Assembly (NCBI RefSeq): GCF_009914755.1
Contig: NC_060944.1
From: the human T2T-CHM13v2.0 reference genome, Homo sapiens
Direction: 5' to 3' (one strand)
DNA: 64,000 bases
Shown here: in pieces, positions 18,479 through 36,149 of the stretch
How the letters are laid out: every line of letters begins with the position of its first letter
How positions within the stretch are numbered: position 1 is the first letter of the stretch
Made by a program: the position numbers and the translations under genes
The notes under the pieces: generated by a model
Told to the model about the DNA's origin: nothing
Databases searched by the model: none
Seen by the model: the letters and a program-made list of their open reading frames with translations, nothing else

Positions 18479-19305
18479 TCAGAAAACTGAGAAAATTTGT
18501 GCTCATAATCCCATTTTAATCTCTCCTGATTATTTTAAGATTATTTTCATAGATTGTTTTTAAGATACTCAGGTGTAATTTTTTCTTGTTTATTTTTTGT
18601 TTGTTTGTTTGAGATGAAATCTTGCTCTGTTGCCCAAGCTGTAGTGCAGTGGTGGGATCTTAGCTCTCTGTAACCTCCGTCTTCCGGGTTCAAGTGATTC
18701 TCTTGCCTTAGCATCCTGAGTAGCTGGGATTACAGGTACCTGCCACCATGCCCAGCTAATTTTTTTTTTTTTTTTTTTGAGATGGAGTCTCACTCTATTG
18801 TCCAGGCTGGAGTGCAATGATGCAATCTTGGCTTACTGCAACCACTGCCTCCCAGGTTAAAGTGATTCTCCTGCCTCAGCCTCCTGAGTAGTTGGGACTA
18901 CAGGTGCCCACCATCATGCCCAGCTAATTTTTGAATTTTCAGTAGAAACGGGGTTTCACCATGTTGGCCAGGCTGGTCTTGAACTCCTGACCTCAAGTAA
19001 TCCACCCGTCTCAGCCTCCCAAAGTGTTGGGATTACAGGTGAGAGCCACTGCGCCTGGCCATTTCTTTCCACTCAAATCCTGATTATACCCTGATTGAGA
19101 GTGACTTCGGTATCCTAGGTAGACGGACCTCAAGCCTCTTCAGGAATATGTTTTCTCCTAGAGCAGATACTTGCATAGAAGAAATTGAATTCACTGTGTG
19201 CCACTGCCTGAAGATTACATTTCTTCACTTTATTCCTAAATTGTATTTGTATCATCTTTCTAAACTGATGTCCTTATTTGCCTTAGTTCAATAATGGTCA
19301 TTTAA

Positions 19306-19479
<174 letters not shown>

Positions 19480-19847
19480 TAAGTATCTAAATTTAAAAAG
19501 AATAATTTTATTTAGTCAGAATTGTGGATTACAACTGTATAATCTTCCCTACATTTCTGTTTTACTTTTTCTTGTCAGCCCTTTCTCTGTCCACTTTGTT
19601 TTGTGGTAAGTACAAATTAAAAAGAAGAGAGCTAGACAACTGATTAATTCAGAGCCTGATAAACAATTTTTGTTTTCACGCATATTTCTTTCTTCTTTTC
19701 TTTATTTTATAGAAACAACATCTCGCTATGTCGCCCAGGCTGGTTTTTAACTCCTGAGCTCAAGCCATCCTCCCGCGTTGGCCTCCCAAAGTGCTGGGAT
19801 TACAGGCGTGAGCTATCATGCCTGGCCCTATTTTCACTCATTTCTGA

Positions 19848-19943
<96 letters not shown>

Positions 19944-19960
19944 TGAGACCATCCTGGCTA

Positions 19961-20185
<225 letters not shown>

Positions 20186-21647
20186 CTAAGCTGTTTACCT
20201 GTTTACTAATACTGTAGTTTAAGTATTAGTTTCTTCAAGAGTAATTATTTAAATGAATAAGAATTAGAGCCCAGTCATATATTAAAATGAAGTTCTTATT
20301 ATATTTAAAAAACTATAATAGCAAAATCATTTCAAATTAATTGGGGAAGTTAAGGATATATTAATACATGGTGTTAAGCCTTTAACATTAACATTAACAT
20401 TACAGTCCAGGCACGGTGGCTCGCGCCTGTAATCCCAGCACCTTGGGAGGCTGAGGTGGGGGGATCATGAGGTCAAGAGATCGAGACCATCCTAGCCAAC
20501 ATGTTGAAACCCCGTCTCTACTAAAAATACAAAAATTAGCTGGGTGTTGTGGCGCGCCTGTAGTCCCAGCTACTCCGGAGGCTGAGGCAGGAGAATGACT
20601 TGAACCTGGGAGGTGGAGGTGCAGTGAGCTGAGATTGTGCCACTGCACTCCAGCCTGGCGACAGATCAAGACTCCGTCAAAAAAAAAAAATCATATAAAA
20701 TAATTGAAGAAAAAATATTTTTTAATCCAGAGGAAAGTCAGTAACAAACATGGAAAAATACTTAACCTTGTTAGTAATCTGAAGGAAATATACCCTGAAA
20801 AGGTACTGTTTTAGTTATTAAATTAGCAGATAATATCAAGTGTTGGTGAGGAACTTTACGTTGTTAGTTGCTGCCGGGGCTGGGCACAGTGGCTGATGCC
20901 TGAAATCCTAGCACTTTGGGGGGACAAGGTAGGATGGGCGCTTGAGGCCAGGAGTTTGAGACCAGCCTGGGCAGCATAGTGAGACCCCATCACTATAGAA
21001 AGAAAAAGAAATTAGCTGGGCATGGTGGCATGTACCTGTAGTCCTAGTTAATCAGGAGTCTGAAGTGGGAGGATCTGTTGAGCCCAGGAGTTCAAGATTA
21101 CAGTGAGCTGTGATCATGCCACTGTACTCCTGGGCAACAGAGCCAGCCCCTGTCATCCTCCCTGCATCTGCCCACCATAATTATGTATTAATACATACCC
21201 TTCATAATCCTCTCTGTGAAATTTATCCTAAAGAAACAATTCAAAGGAAGAAACAGTTTGCTACATTAAGAATATTCATTATTTTATTATTTATATAACA
21301 TCAGAATATTGGAAACCACCCTAAATAACCAAGCAGGTAGAAATCGTGAAGTCATTCGATTCATTTATGAATTATGTTCATAATCAACACAATCAATTCT
21401 TTCAAATGTTTTATTTAGAACATTTGTATCAATGTTTACTTACATATTTTGTACCCATTTAAAATGATAGGAAGTGGGCTGGGCGTGGTGGTTCACGCCT
21501 GTAATCCCAGCACTTTGGGAGGCCGAGGTGGGCGGATCACCTGAGGTCGGGAGTTCGAGGGCCGCCTGACCAACATGGAGAAACCCTGTCTCTACTAAAA
21601 ATACAAAATTAGCCAAGTGTGATGACGCATGCCTGTAATCACAGCTA

Positions 21648-21782
<135 letters not shown>

Positions 21783-22456
21783 TTAGTTGTGTTCTTGCGA
21801 AAAATTGTGTGTGTGTGTTTTGTTTTGTTTTTTCGAGATGGAGACTCACTCTGTTGCCCAGGCTGGAGTGTATTGGCATGATCTCGGCTCACTGCAGCCC
21901 CCACCTCATAGGTTCAAGCAGTTCTCCTGCTCAGCGTCCCGCGTAGCTGGGACTACAGATCTGCGCCACCACACCTGGCTAATTTTTTGTATTTTTAGTA
22001 GAGATGGGGCTTCACCCTGGTGGCCAGGCTGGTCTTGAACTACTGACCTCAAGTGATCCGCCTGCTTTGGCCTCCCAAAGTGCTAGGATCACAGGTGTGT
22101 GAGCCACTGCACCTGGCCAAAAAGTGCTTTTTGATATCTGTCCAAAGCTATATATTTAATTTGTGTCCCTGTTATGATTGAAACAGTAAAAACAACATTG
22201 AAAAGAAACTCAAAACTTAATGACTGTTTGAGACTTACTCACTAAATATGTATTGCATTTTAAGAACCTGACTAATGCATCTTATGAACTTTCAAGAAAT
22301 AAATTTTTAGAAACATTTCTCTTAAGTTCACTTACAAACTATTTAAAAATACATAAAAGACTCCAGATAAATCAAAAGTAGTTTCTCAAGGTAAAATATT
22401 CTATCTGTTTCACAAGTATTTGTTGAATTAGCTTGTTTTTTTTTTTTTTTTTCTGA

Positions 22457-22681
<225 letters not shown>

Positions 22682-23934
22682 TAGCCCCTTCCAGCATATG
22701 TCATGGAAAGCACTAAAAAGAAGGTGCAAGTAGCATGGCAACCCAGTTGTTGCTGTTAGTAGGTATTATTTTTAGACCTTGTCTGGGGTATTCTGTGTGT
22801 GATCTAGTTTTTCCTTTTTGTAATTTGCTTAAGTCCAACTTCCTCTTCTTTTTAATGTCAAAAATAAGCAAAAAATAAGTTAGGACAACTTAAAATTCAT
22901 GAACAAAAGAGTAGTAAAAATAAACCCAAGCAGCTTGAAAATAATTAAAACATTTCTAAATTTACTAGTGCCTTGGGTCTAAGAGCATCTGACTCTAAAG
23001 TGGTTGTGCAAAACTGATGATAAGAGTTTAACCACTTTTTACCATTTGGAGATAAGGCTTACCTAATAAATTATTTGGTACTCTGGGAGACTGAAGAAAT
23101 TTGATCCTTTATAGGAGTATGCTTACTATATTATTCTGGCTTTAAATCTTTATTATCTTTGATATAAAATCATTTCCCTTCTAGAAACAAATGGTTTAAA
23201 TTTTACATATTTTCCTGTAGAGCAATATTGCATTAATAGTGTAAGTACTCCAAAATCTTCCTTTGCTATGCAGTCTTTGGTGCTAGGAATTTTATAATCT
23301 CTCAAGTCATACAGTATCATTGATCTTTTGTCTGGAGGAAAAGGAAAATAATCCATTGAGAAATTTGATTCTCTATGCCAAACAAGATGGATTTGTTATA
23401 TAGAACCTAAACGAAGAAAATCAAGCCTTAAGGAGCTCAGGAGAAAATGCCCCCTCCATCACCATCTCTTCCCCTCCACTGCCATTGGTATCATCCCTGT
23501 TAGAATTCATCAGAGTAAAACAGCACCTTTCGTATTCCTTTCCTAACTAGGCATAGTTTTATCCCTTTTCTTCATATTCTTGTCTATTCCTTATACCTCA
23601 TCATCATAATAGCACTCACTGCTGTAGACAAATTCACCTTTATCAGCAGCCTTCCCTTTGTTCCTTGGTTATGACTCAGGTACTTTTCTTTCATATAACA
23701 ATTTTTTCCTGCCACTTTCTCTAAACAGTTGCTAACTATATTTCCCCTCCCAGTGGTTTTAAAGCTGAAATGAATTTTGTCTCTTGTGTACTTTACCCTT
23801 CTTTTCATTTTTTTTTCTATGCTGTTTTACATCTTCCTTCCTTTCTAAATTATAATCACCTGTGGTATGCCTGGCCAAATTTCTTCTAGGTTTGAATACC
23901 TAGCTTGCCTGCCTTCTTTAAAACTAGTTTCCAC

Positions 23935-24170
23935 ATGGGTGTTCAGTGGAAAGAGCATGGGCTTTGGAGTTAGACACATCTGGGTTCGAATCCTGGTTCC
24001 ACAGTTACTTTCTCCATATGACTTTGAGTAAGTTACTTAACCTCATCAAGACTTATTTCCTTTATCTGTAAAATAAATACAGATATAAAATTGCCTCAGA
24101 GTTTTTCTGAGGATTCTTTAAAATAAAGTTCCAATATATTTGGCATGTACTGAATGCTTAGAAATGTTAG
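23935..24170 (+). mobile_element. MIR SINE
   Basis: AGAGCATGGGCTTTGGAGTTAGAC..CTGGGTTCGAATCCTGG..AAGTTACTTAACCTC..ATCTGTAAAAT core. Confidence 0.8.
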
Positions 24171-25457
24171 TTCCCATCTCTTCTCTCCTTCATATTCACC
24201 TCTGTATATGTACCCTTTATCTCATTTTTGCATTACACAATCTTTCAAAGCATTCTTTTAAAAGAGAGATTTAGCAGATTTCTGGAGCACCAACGGTGTG
24301 TTTTGACTACTGTAATCCTGACCGATTTAGTACTCAGAGTCTTTGGAATTTTTTTTTTTTTTTTTAAGTACAGCTTCTCCTTCATCATCCTGTCCCCCCG
24401 CCCAATCCAATATAATCTGAACAATTTTCTGAAATTTTTACTCTTTGTACTTGATGTGGAGTGGTTTGAAATTACATAGAATCTAAACAGCCTATTTTAG
24501 TTAACATAGCCAAAGATATAAGCTGAAGTGAATTAATTTAACATCCTTAATAACATTTACTTTAAAAATGATGGGGTGTTGCTGAGAAATAGTCTGTTTA
24601 TTGAGTATATGAAGTGGCCTTTGTCCACCATTGTTGTTGTGACTCTTACTAGCATACAGAAACTGTCATACACCCAGCATTTTAAGTCTCAGAGTGGATA
24701 TGGTTGACAGTAAAACACTGTGAAATGGTTCTTCCTGGTCCATGGCTTAATTGTGCATGTCCCTAGTTTATCCGTCCAGGGAGAGCCAGTGGGGTTGGCT
24801 TCAGTCTTAAAATTGTCAGTACAGTATGTCACGTGCCAAACTTTTCAGACCTCATCTGTAACTTGGGCTCAGACCTTTTGTAGTGTTTCCCGCTGGCCTC
24901 CCTGTTCTCACATCTTCTCATAATCATGTCTGTCAGGAGGAGCAAGGCAGTTCTCGACAGCACTAAATCCAAGAGTTATTATATCAGTAGTGTAATGTAG
25001 CTCATATCCTTTAAAACCTCATCAATCAACCAGGTTTCTGTAGTAGGCCAGTGACATGGGGTTGTAGGGGTGGGTAAAGAAACAAGAAGAGATAGCAGGG
25101 GAGCTGCTCTATATTGAGATTTAAGAGAAACAACCAAATGTAACGTAAGGACTTTGTTTGGGTCCTGATTTTAACAAATAAGCAATCATGCATTTAATTA
25201 CAGATTAGGTATTGGATGATAAAATTAACATTGATTCTTTACCACATGTCATAATGACATTGTGATTATGTAAGAAAATGTCAGCCTGGCGCGGTGGCTC
25301 ACACCTGTACTCCCAGCACTTTGGGAGGCCGAGGCGGGTGGATCACGAACAAGGTCAGGAGTTTGAGGCCAGCCTGACCAACATGGTGAAACCCGGTCTC
25401 TACTAAAAATACAAAAAGTTAGCTGGGCGTGGTGGCGCGTGCCTGTGATCCCAGCTA

Positions 25458-25565
<108 letters not shown>

Positions 25566-26585
25566 TCAAAAAAAAAAAGAAAAGAAAATGTCCACAAATT
25601 TTAGAGAGACATACTAAAATATGTAGTAGAGGTGAAATAATGTTTGATTTTCGCTTCAACAAAGAACAGGAGAAAAGAGATAAAGAAACTTGGCAAAGTC
25701 TTGATAAGTGTTGAATCCTGGTGCTGGGTATGTGGGAATGTGGGATTCATTGCCCTGTTTTACTTGTTTTTTTTTTCTTCCCCATAGTGAAATTATTTTT
25801 AATGCAGTTAGACTCTTGTTTATCTTACTGAAGAAGAAAGGGTTTAACCAAATCTTACTGGGTGACCATGTAATTATCTCTACTTAATTATACATTTAAA
25901 TCAAAACAGACTTAATATCTCTACACAGAGTCGGTGTGACTTTTGTTTTCTTTTTCCAAAGGTTGACTCTTACTTTGCTTTCATCTTATCTAGCCAAATC
26001 TTTCTCTCCACCAATGTGATCATTGGAAACAGAACTTTTAAGAAGTCTTCCATACAGTTCTAGGCTCATTAACACTTTCCAGCTGGAAACCTTTCCTTCC
26101 ACTCATCTGGCAGCCCACTCTTCCTGTTCCCCCAACTCTCTTCTCATAATTCTTTGTATGTCACATGTTCTGTATTTGATCTTCTGTTTTTGAGTTACAC
26201 ATATAATATTTTTCATAGTCATATGATGATTCTGGGTACTGGTATTGTAAATGACTTTTGGGGGGGTTATATATTTTTCTAATTTTTATATTATTGATGT
26301 AAAATTTGTAGCACAAAGGAAAAATGGTCATTTTGGGGATGAGGATTACATATATGTGTAGTATTTTAATTTTAAATAATTTTAAATGTTAGGTAATGTT
26401 TGCACCGGTTTTTTTTAAACCAAACCAAAGTATATTGGCATTTATCCATAACCATGTGACACTTCTTTAAGATACAAACTCTCTGTGTTATACATTGCCA
26501 GGGAAGGGAAATCAGAACTCATAAGCTTGCTGTCAGATAAGTTGTTAAGTTGTTAATAGTTTCATCACTTTTTGGTTCTTTTTAG

Positions 26586-26723
<138 letters not shown>

Positions 26724-26899
26724 TAAAACAGATATTTATGTCTGATACTGTGCTCTTGCTTGAGTGAATGTCTGGGAAGTTTTTTTTTAATATATATATC
26801 AGTTTAATTCACAAATAGGCATTAAATTCCCCAAACATTAAGTGGACTCTTTATAAACTTTTATTGACGCTCATAATTATTTTACTCTTCTACAGTTTA

Positions 26900-27475
26900 A
26901 AGATACTGATCACCCAGCAATAAAAAAGGAATGGGCTATTGATACACCAGTAGGTCTGGGTGGACTTCAAGAGTAATTTGCTTGATGAAGAAAGTCAGTC
27001 TCAAAAGATCACAACCTGTGTGATTCAATTCATATAACATTCTCAAAATGACAAAACTAGAGATGGAGAACATATTAGTACTTGTCAGGAAACAGGGTAG
27101 GTGGGAAGTGGATTCAAATATTAAAAGGTAACATAAGGGGGTTTTACGTGATGATGATGATTCCATCATCTTGATTCCATCAAGATCCACAAGATGATTC
27201 TGTATCTTGATTTTGGTAATAGGTGATTACATTAATAATGTATACATGAGATAATGCATAGAACTATATATTTACAGAAATGAATTCAGCTTTTAAACAT
27301 GGTGAAAATTTAACAATGTTTGTGGTTAACAATAATGTACCAATGCCACTTCTGTGGTTTTGATGCTGTACGTAGTTATATAAGATGTCACCATCGGAGA
27401 AAAATGAAGTATATGTGAGACTTTTTGTGCAATTTTTTACATCCTGTGAGTAATAATTAATTCAAAATAAAAAGC
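26900..27475 (+). mobile_element. Old L1 (L1MC/ME-like) 3'UTR fragment
   Basis: CAGCAATAAAAAAGGAATG...ATTCATATAACATTCTCAAAATGACAAAACTAGAGATGGAGAAC...TCAAAATAAAAAG. Confidence 0.65.
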
Positions 27476-28318
27476 TTTTTAAAAAATTGTAATCACATTG
27501 GTTCTCCTAAAACAAGGTTCAGAGTTTGGTTAAGTTGGCATTATCTGATAGAAGAGTGGAAGGAGCACATGTGAAGGTGTCAACTTCATGCCCTACACCA
27601 TGGAGCTCAAGAGCATGTGCTGTTATTGAGTATATCTGATACCTTAGTTATTAAAATAGACCTTAATAGACTTTAAGCTGGACCTACCCTACTAGGTTCT
27701 ATTTTATAGTGTTATGTAATACTCACAGCATTATATAGCAAGGTTTCAGAATAAAGATGGCAGTATAGAAAGTTTTGCATAGAAGCAAGATAATAATATA
27801 TTATAATAGAAAGTGGAAAACAACATAAAGCCCATTGTGGAACCAGAGTTTTGTCTTCAAGAGCTGAAGATACTTCATAATATTGGGATAAATTCAGAAA
27901 GTGATATTTCTAGATTGGGAAAAGTTGGTCCCCAAGATACATTGTTCTAGCAGTACTGAGTTATGGAGAAAAAATGTTGGTGTGTCAAGATCACATGAGT
28001 CTGGTTAATAAATGCTACTGGGGGTATAAGCTTTTCTTTGAGAAATCTCATTGCTCTTATTTAAAGGTATCTATTCTCAAAACACTTCTGTGAGTCAAAA
28101 AGGTAAAAAATGTATTAGGCTATACATATAACTGTTACTGTTATTAGCTTATAACAACAGGAGGACATATGAAAGTTGTGGGCCCGATGCAGTGACTTAC
28201 ACTTATAATCCTAACACTTTAGGAGGCTGAGGCAGGTGAATCGCTTCAGTTCAGGAGTTCAAGACCAGCCTGACCAACATGGTGAAACCCTGTCTCTACT
28301 AAAAATACAAAAAAATTA

Positions 28319-28592
<274 letters not shown>

Positions 28593-30822
28593 CTATTGCA
28601 CTCCAGCCCGGGTGAGAGAGCAAGACCCTGTCTCAAAAAAAAGAAGAAAGCAAGTTGTGAATTTCTGTCTTTACCAAAGCTTGGCAGCCTGGAGTTAAGG
28701 AGTCCTCTGTCTCTACTGAAGCCTAAGAGTGGTCAGTGAATGGTTAGTATGAAGTACTTTAGAAGAGGGGATGTTGCCCTTACAAGGCATATTAAACTTA
28801 ACCTGTCAGATTGCATTCCCAGACATGGATGGTTTTATTTCTAGAGTTTCCCAGCTTTATTTCTAGAGTTGTATGTCTTATGTTAGAGAAGGAGAAAAAA
28901 ACTCATGCACTAAAATGATATATCCAAAGGATATGTATTTATCCTCTTAATTTTATTGCAGGCCAGGCATGGTGGCTCACACCTGTCATCTCAGCGCTTT
29001 GGGAGGCTGAAGTGGGAACATTGCTTGAGCCCGGGAGTTGGAGATCAGCCTGGGCAACATAGCGAAAACCTGTCTCTATAAAAAAATACAAAAAATAATC
29101 TGGGTGTGGTGGAACACCTCCTAATCCCAGTTTCTTGGGAGGCTGAGGTGGGAGGATCACCTGAGCCTGGGAAGTCAAGGCTGCAAGTAGGCCAAGATTT
29201 TGCCACTGTGCTTCAGCCTGGGCAACAGAGTGAGACGCTGTCTCAAAAAAAAAAAAAAAAAAAAAAAGTTGCAGAAAAACTATGACCTGCTTCATGGTTA
29301 TGGTCAGAAACAAAACTGTTTTACTCCTTCTCTAGGGCAGGTGTAGAAAAAAATGCCTCTTGCTTATAGAAAGCTGAATTGTGAGCTGCGTTTCCTTTAT
29401 CAGAAAAGTCTTTCCTGCAAGTTGGTCCTTGCCTTCTGTATTCATCATTTTCTTTATCATCCAGATCTTTCTCATTTTTACTTTAGCCAACAACACTTTG
29501 CTAAAATACTGTGTTAAAGATCCAGCTTAGCCAGGTTATTAGAGTCTTGTTCTGCTATTTTACAGTCTGCTTATTTTTAGGTTTCACATTCCTCATGTTG
29601 AAGTAGTGCTACAGATGTTTATGATTATCCTACTCAGACTGAGCACTGCTTTATGACTTGCTGCCTTTGGGGCATATACCTTACTTGTAGAACCAGTGAC
29701 AGCACTGGTAGTATATCAGATGAAGCAACCCACCCAACATACCTTCAGGATTGACCCAGGTTGATAGAATCCCATCTTACAGCTTGCACCCTTTCAGACT
29801 TTTATATGCTGGGACTAGACATTCCTACCTCATAGGCTCAGTGAATAATTGGTTTTTTAGAGATGGGGGTCTCCCTGTGTTGCCCAGGCTGGGGTGCAGT
29901 GGCTGTTCTCCAGCATAGTAATTGCACACTACAGCTTTGAACTCCTGGCCTCAAGCAATGCCTCAGCCTCCTGAGTAGCTGGAATTACAGTTTTGTGCCA
30001 CGATGCCTAGCTAGGCAGTGAAGAATTTTTAACACATGAACATACTATAGAGGATAAAGAACAAAGAATACTTTTGGTTCACCAGTATTATTTAATAGGG
30101 CTTTGTATAGGTGCTTCGCCAATCAAGTATGAAGATATTCTCTCATTTTCCTAGTTACTGTGAAAGAATACATAGAATGACAAGAAGTGTCTGTTTTTTA
30201 CTGTTTTATTCATCAAGTCAGGAAGTGTTCTAATCTGCATTTGGATTTGATGTTCAGTAATTTCAGTATTGTTTATTATGTGATTTTTCAACAAAGTCAG
30301 AAATCCGTTCTACAGCCACAGCACTTCCTCTCATTAAGTAGATGAGCCTTCAGTTCACAAATGTGTCAAGGCTGATCTCAGCAGCATATACTTAGAATAT
30401 ATATGAGAAAAATGTTTGCTATTAATTTTCTCTTGCCTCATGTTATCTTCTGAAAGGAAAATCTTGGCCTGAAATCTGAACTTTGCTGACAGATAAAAGA
30501 TGAATGGCCATTACAGTGGCTCACGCCTGTAATCCCAGTACTTTGGGAGGCCAAGGCTTGTGTCCAGGAGTTCGATACCAGGCTGGGGCAACATGGTGAA
30601 ACCCCATCTTTACAAAAAATACAAAAATTAGTTGGGTGTGGCATGCCTGTAGTTCCAGCTACTTGGGTGGCTGAAGTGGGAGGGTTGCTTGAGCCCCGGA
30701 GGTCAAGGCTATAGTGCGCTGTGATTGTATCACTGCACTCCAGCCTGGACAACAGAGTGATACTCTTTCAAAAAACCAAAAGAGAGAGAAAAAAGTTGAG
30801 TATGTGCTCAGCTATATACTTA

Positions 30823-31611
<789 letters not shown>

Positions 31612-31957
31612 TATGTTTTTCTTTAGAGACAGCCTTTGAGTTGGTGATAAGCTTATGCACTGAAGATGCCTTGACCAGCAAAACCTGTGTCATGAGAGGC
31701 AGAGTCCCACTTTTCTGTATATTATGCACATTGGAATTCTATTTTCATTTTAAGCTAAGCTGACATAGAAAGTAGCTTTAAATGTCAGAAGCAGGTTTGT
31801 GATACTCACTAGTTACATCCATTTTAACCTCTGTTATCACTACTACTTGAAATCATGGAATTATATTGGAAATAAAATTAAATATTACCAAATACGAACT
31901 TGACAAGACTATAATTTGGCCTAAAACTGATCCAGATGATCTCAAGTGTTAATTTGA

Positions 31958-32287
<330 letters not shown>

Positions 32288-33224
32288 TGAGCCACAGCGC
32301 AGGACCAATAGTTAACCAATTTTTCAAACCACAGGAAATAAAAATTAGCCATGTCAACATGGATTAAACTTAAATTTTTGTTTAAAATGCTGATTTTTAG
32401 AAACTAAGCTTTTTAAAAAGTTTCAGTTCATTCTATGATCTTTAATACATCAGTTCATTCTATGATCTTTAATACATCAGTTATTCATTTTGAGACATGT
32501 TGAACAAATAAATTAGGATACAGCAGGAATCCCATCTTTTGAAGAATTCATTGGTAATGGGACAGAGAAGTCAGTAATTCAAAAACAGCAGAACTGTTAA
32601 AATTTCAAGTCTACTTAATTTGTTTACTAAAAGAGAAAATGATATCCACATTTTTTTTTTTTTTTTGAGACGTAGTCTTGCTCTGTCGCCAGGCTGTAAT
32701 CCATCTCGGCACACTGTAACCTCTGCGTCCCGGGTTCAAGCAGTTCTCCTGCCTCAGCCTCTCGAGTTGCTGGGACTACAGGTGCACACCGCCATGCCTG
32801 GCTAATTTTTTTTTTTTTTCTTTTTTGTATTTTAGTAGAGACGGGGTTTCACCATGTTGCCCAGGTTGGTCTTGAACTCCTGAGCTCAGGCAGTCCGCCC
32901 GCCTCTGCCTCCCAACGTGCTAGAATTACAGGCATGAGCTACTGCGCCCGGCCAATATCCACATCTTCTAAACCTTAATGGGGAGATTTCAGGAAAGCAG
33001 GTAAAATTTTGTAGACTGGGAACACGAAAACAGGGAGAATCCTAAAGCAAGAGGCAGTTGGGGAACAAGCAGCAGCTTTAGATGCAGTAATTAGAGAACT
33101 GAGTTCTGCTTCCTATCCCTTGTATAGAAAGTTACTGTAGATATTTAGGATTTTGGAACTGGGTATATTAAGGAACGAGATATGTTAAGTGTATTAAGAA
33201 AGGAAGTATTTTTTAGTTGAATAA

Positions 33225-33629
<405 letters not shown>

Positions 33630-34441
33630 TGATGTATTAAAGATCACAGAATGGATTCAAACTTTTTAAAAAGCTTAGTTTCTAAAAATCAAGTTGTACA
33701 AGTTGTGGGGCTAAGGCAGGAGGATCACCTGAACCTGGGAGGTCAAGGCTGTAGTGAGCTGAGATCACGCCACTGCACTCCAGCCAGGGTGACAAAGTGA
33801 GACCTTGTCTCCAAAAAAAAAAAAATATATATATATATGTGTGTGTGTGTGTATTTATATATACAAATGTATATTTAATATATATCAAATATATATATTA
33901 GTGGGCTGCCAGCACGGCCCACTAATTTTTTTGTATTTTTTGTAGAGATGAGGGTTCACCATATGGCCCAGGCTGGTCTCAAACTCCTGAGCTCAAGCAA
34001 TCTACTTGCCTTGGCCTCCCAAAGTGCTGGGATTACAGGCCTGAGCCACCCCGCCTGGCACCTTACTATATTTTAATGAATGAAATGATGTAGTATGGAA
34101 AAAAAAAAAATCCCTAAATGGAGACCTGAGTTTCCATCTCATCTCTGCTACTTAATTCTGAGGTTTCAGGTAGATTATTTAACCTATCTGAGTTTTCTTA
34201 TCTTAAGGATAAAGATGAATTCACCTACCCTATGGGACTATTAAGAATAAAATGAAGGTCCTGTGTAAAAAACTAAATAACTGTTCATTATTCTTGCTGC
34301 TGTTGGTTGGATTGAGTAGAAAGGTCCTATGGTTAGGACATTATAAAGTACGTCTACTTAGCTTCTAAGATGTAATATTTCTATAACTTCAGTAAGGATG
34401 TGCATTTAATAGTCAATAAATTAAACCTTTTAAAGCTGTGA

Positions 34442-34654
<213 letters not shown>

Positions 34655-35688
34655 TAAGAATAGTTACTTGTGTATATTTAATCTCTTAAAGATTATACCT
34701 TATTTCTAACAACTGAAGAAGATCAAAGTTCATATTCTTTTGCCAAAGACCTAAAACGTTAATCACCTACATACTTTGGAAAGAGAAAATTATACTATTA
34801 TTTTCATCTAATGGAAAGTTTGAAGATTTCTTCAAAGTGCAGGAAAAAACTTTAACTGGGCATGGTGGCTCATGCCCATTATCCCAGCACTTTGGGAGGC
34901 CAAGGAGGGAGGATTGTTTGAGGCCAGGAAGACCTGCGTAATGCAGTGAGACCCTGTCTCTACAAAAAAAATCCCCAAAATTGGGTGTGTTGGCATGTAT
35001 ACCTGTAGTCCCAGCTACTCGGGAGACTGAGGTGGGAGGATCACCTGAGCCCAGGAAGTCGAGACTGCAGTGAACTATGATTGTGCCAGTACACTCCAAC
35101 CTGGAGGACAGGTTGAGGGCTGTTTCAAAAAAAAAGAAAACAATAGAAAAGCAAAAAAAATTATCTGGCACATGAGAATATACTTATTAACATATATATT
35201 ATTTTTAATTACTAAGAACAGATTAGTGATTCTAAATCAGGGTTTCTTAACCTGAGATCACTGGTTAAGAATCTAGGGTATGTGGTTTCAAGGAGGAAGA
35301 AAATACATACTCAGTTTCATTACTCTTTACTGGAAATTTAGTATCTTCTTCCATTATGAATGTAGGCTACTACCATGTAGGATTAAGAATGCCTAGGAGT
35401 TTGCCATCAGTAGAAGTCAAAGGGTGTTAAAAAATATTCTGTTGTTGTTGCAGATATCTCTAAATACTTGTTTACACACATAATTACAAGGACTTGCTAA
35501 TTTATTAATAAAGAGATATATGTACATTATCACAAAGGTCTCCCTTTGTTGCCCAGGCTGTTCTCAAACTCCTGTCTTTAAGCGATCCTCCTGCCTTAGC
35601 CTCCTGAGTAGCTGGGATTACAGAAATAATGTTTTGACAATTATGTATATATAATGGTTTATCTTTGTAACATGTTATAATAGTATGC

Positions 35689-36118
35689 ATATTAGTTTGC
35701 TAGGGCGCCTTAACAAAGTACCACAGAGGAGGTTGCTTAAACCATAGAAATGTATGTCTCAGGGTTCTGGAGGCTAGAAGCTTGAGATCACGATGTCAGC
35801 AGGGCCATGCTCACTCAGAAGATACTAGGAAGAGATCTGTTCCAGGTCTTTCTCCTGGCTTCTTGTAGCTCCTTGGCTTGTGGCAGCATGAATCCAGTCT
35901 TCACATGGCACTCTTCCTGTCTGTATGTCTATCTGTACCCAAATTTCCTGTTTATAAGGACGTCAGTCCTATAGGATTAGTGGCCCACAGTACTTCAGTA
36001 TGACCTCATCTTGATACATCTGCAGTAACTCTGTTTCCAAATAAGGTCACATTCTGAGTTATTGAGGGCCAGGATATAAACGTGCATTTGGAGGGAGGAC
36101 ACAGTTCAACCCATAACA
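35689..36118 (-). mobile_element. MLT1-type MaLR solo LTR
   Basis: TATTAGTTTGCTAGGG...TTCTGGAGGCTAGAAG...CACAGTTCAACCCATAACA hallmark ends. Confidence 0.75.
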
Positions 36119-36149
36119 GTCTGTAATACTATGCATTTATCAGACTGCC

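Noticed and set aside
24580-24970. Non-repetitive, slightly GC-richer block with a GTCACGTG E-box (~24828)
   Set aside because: A single short motif is expected by chance; no conservation or chromatin data are available
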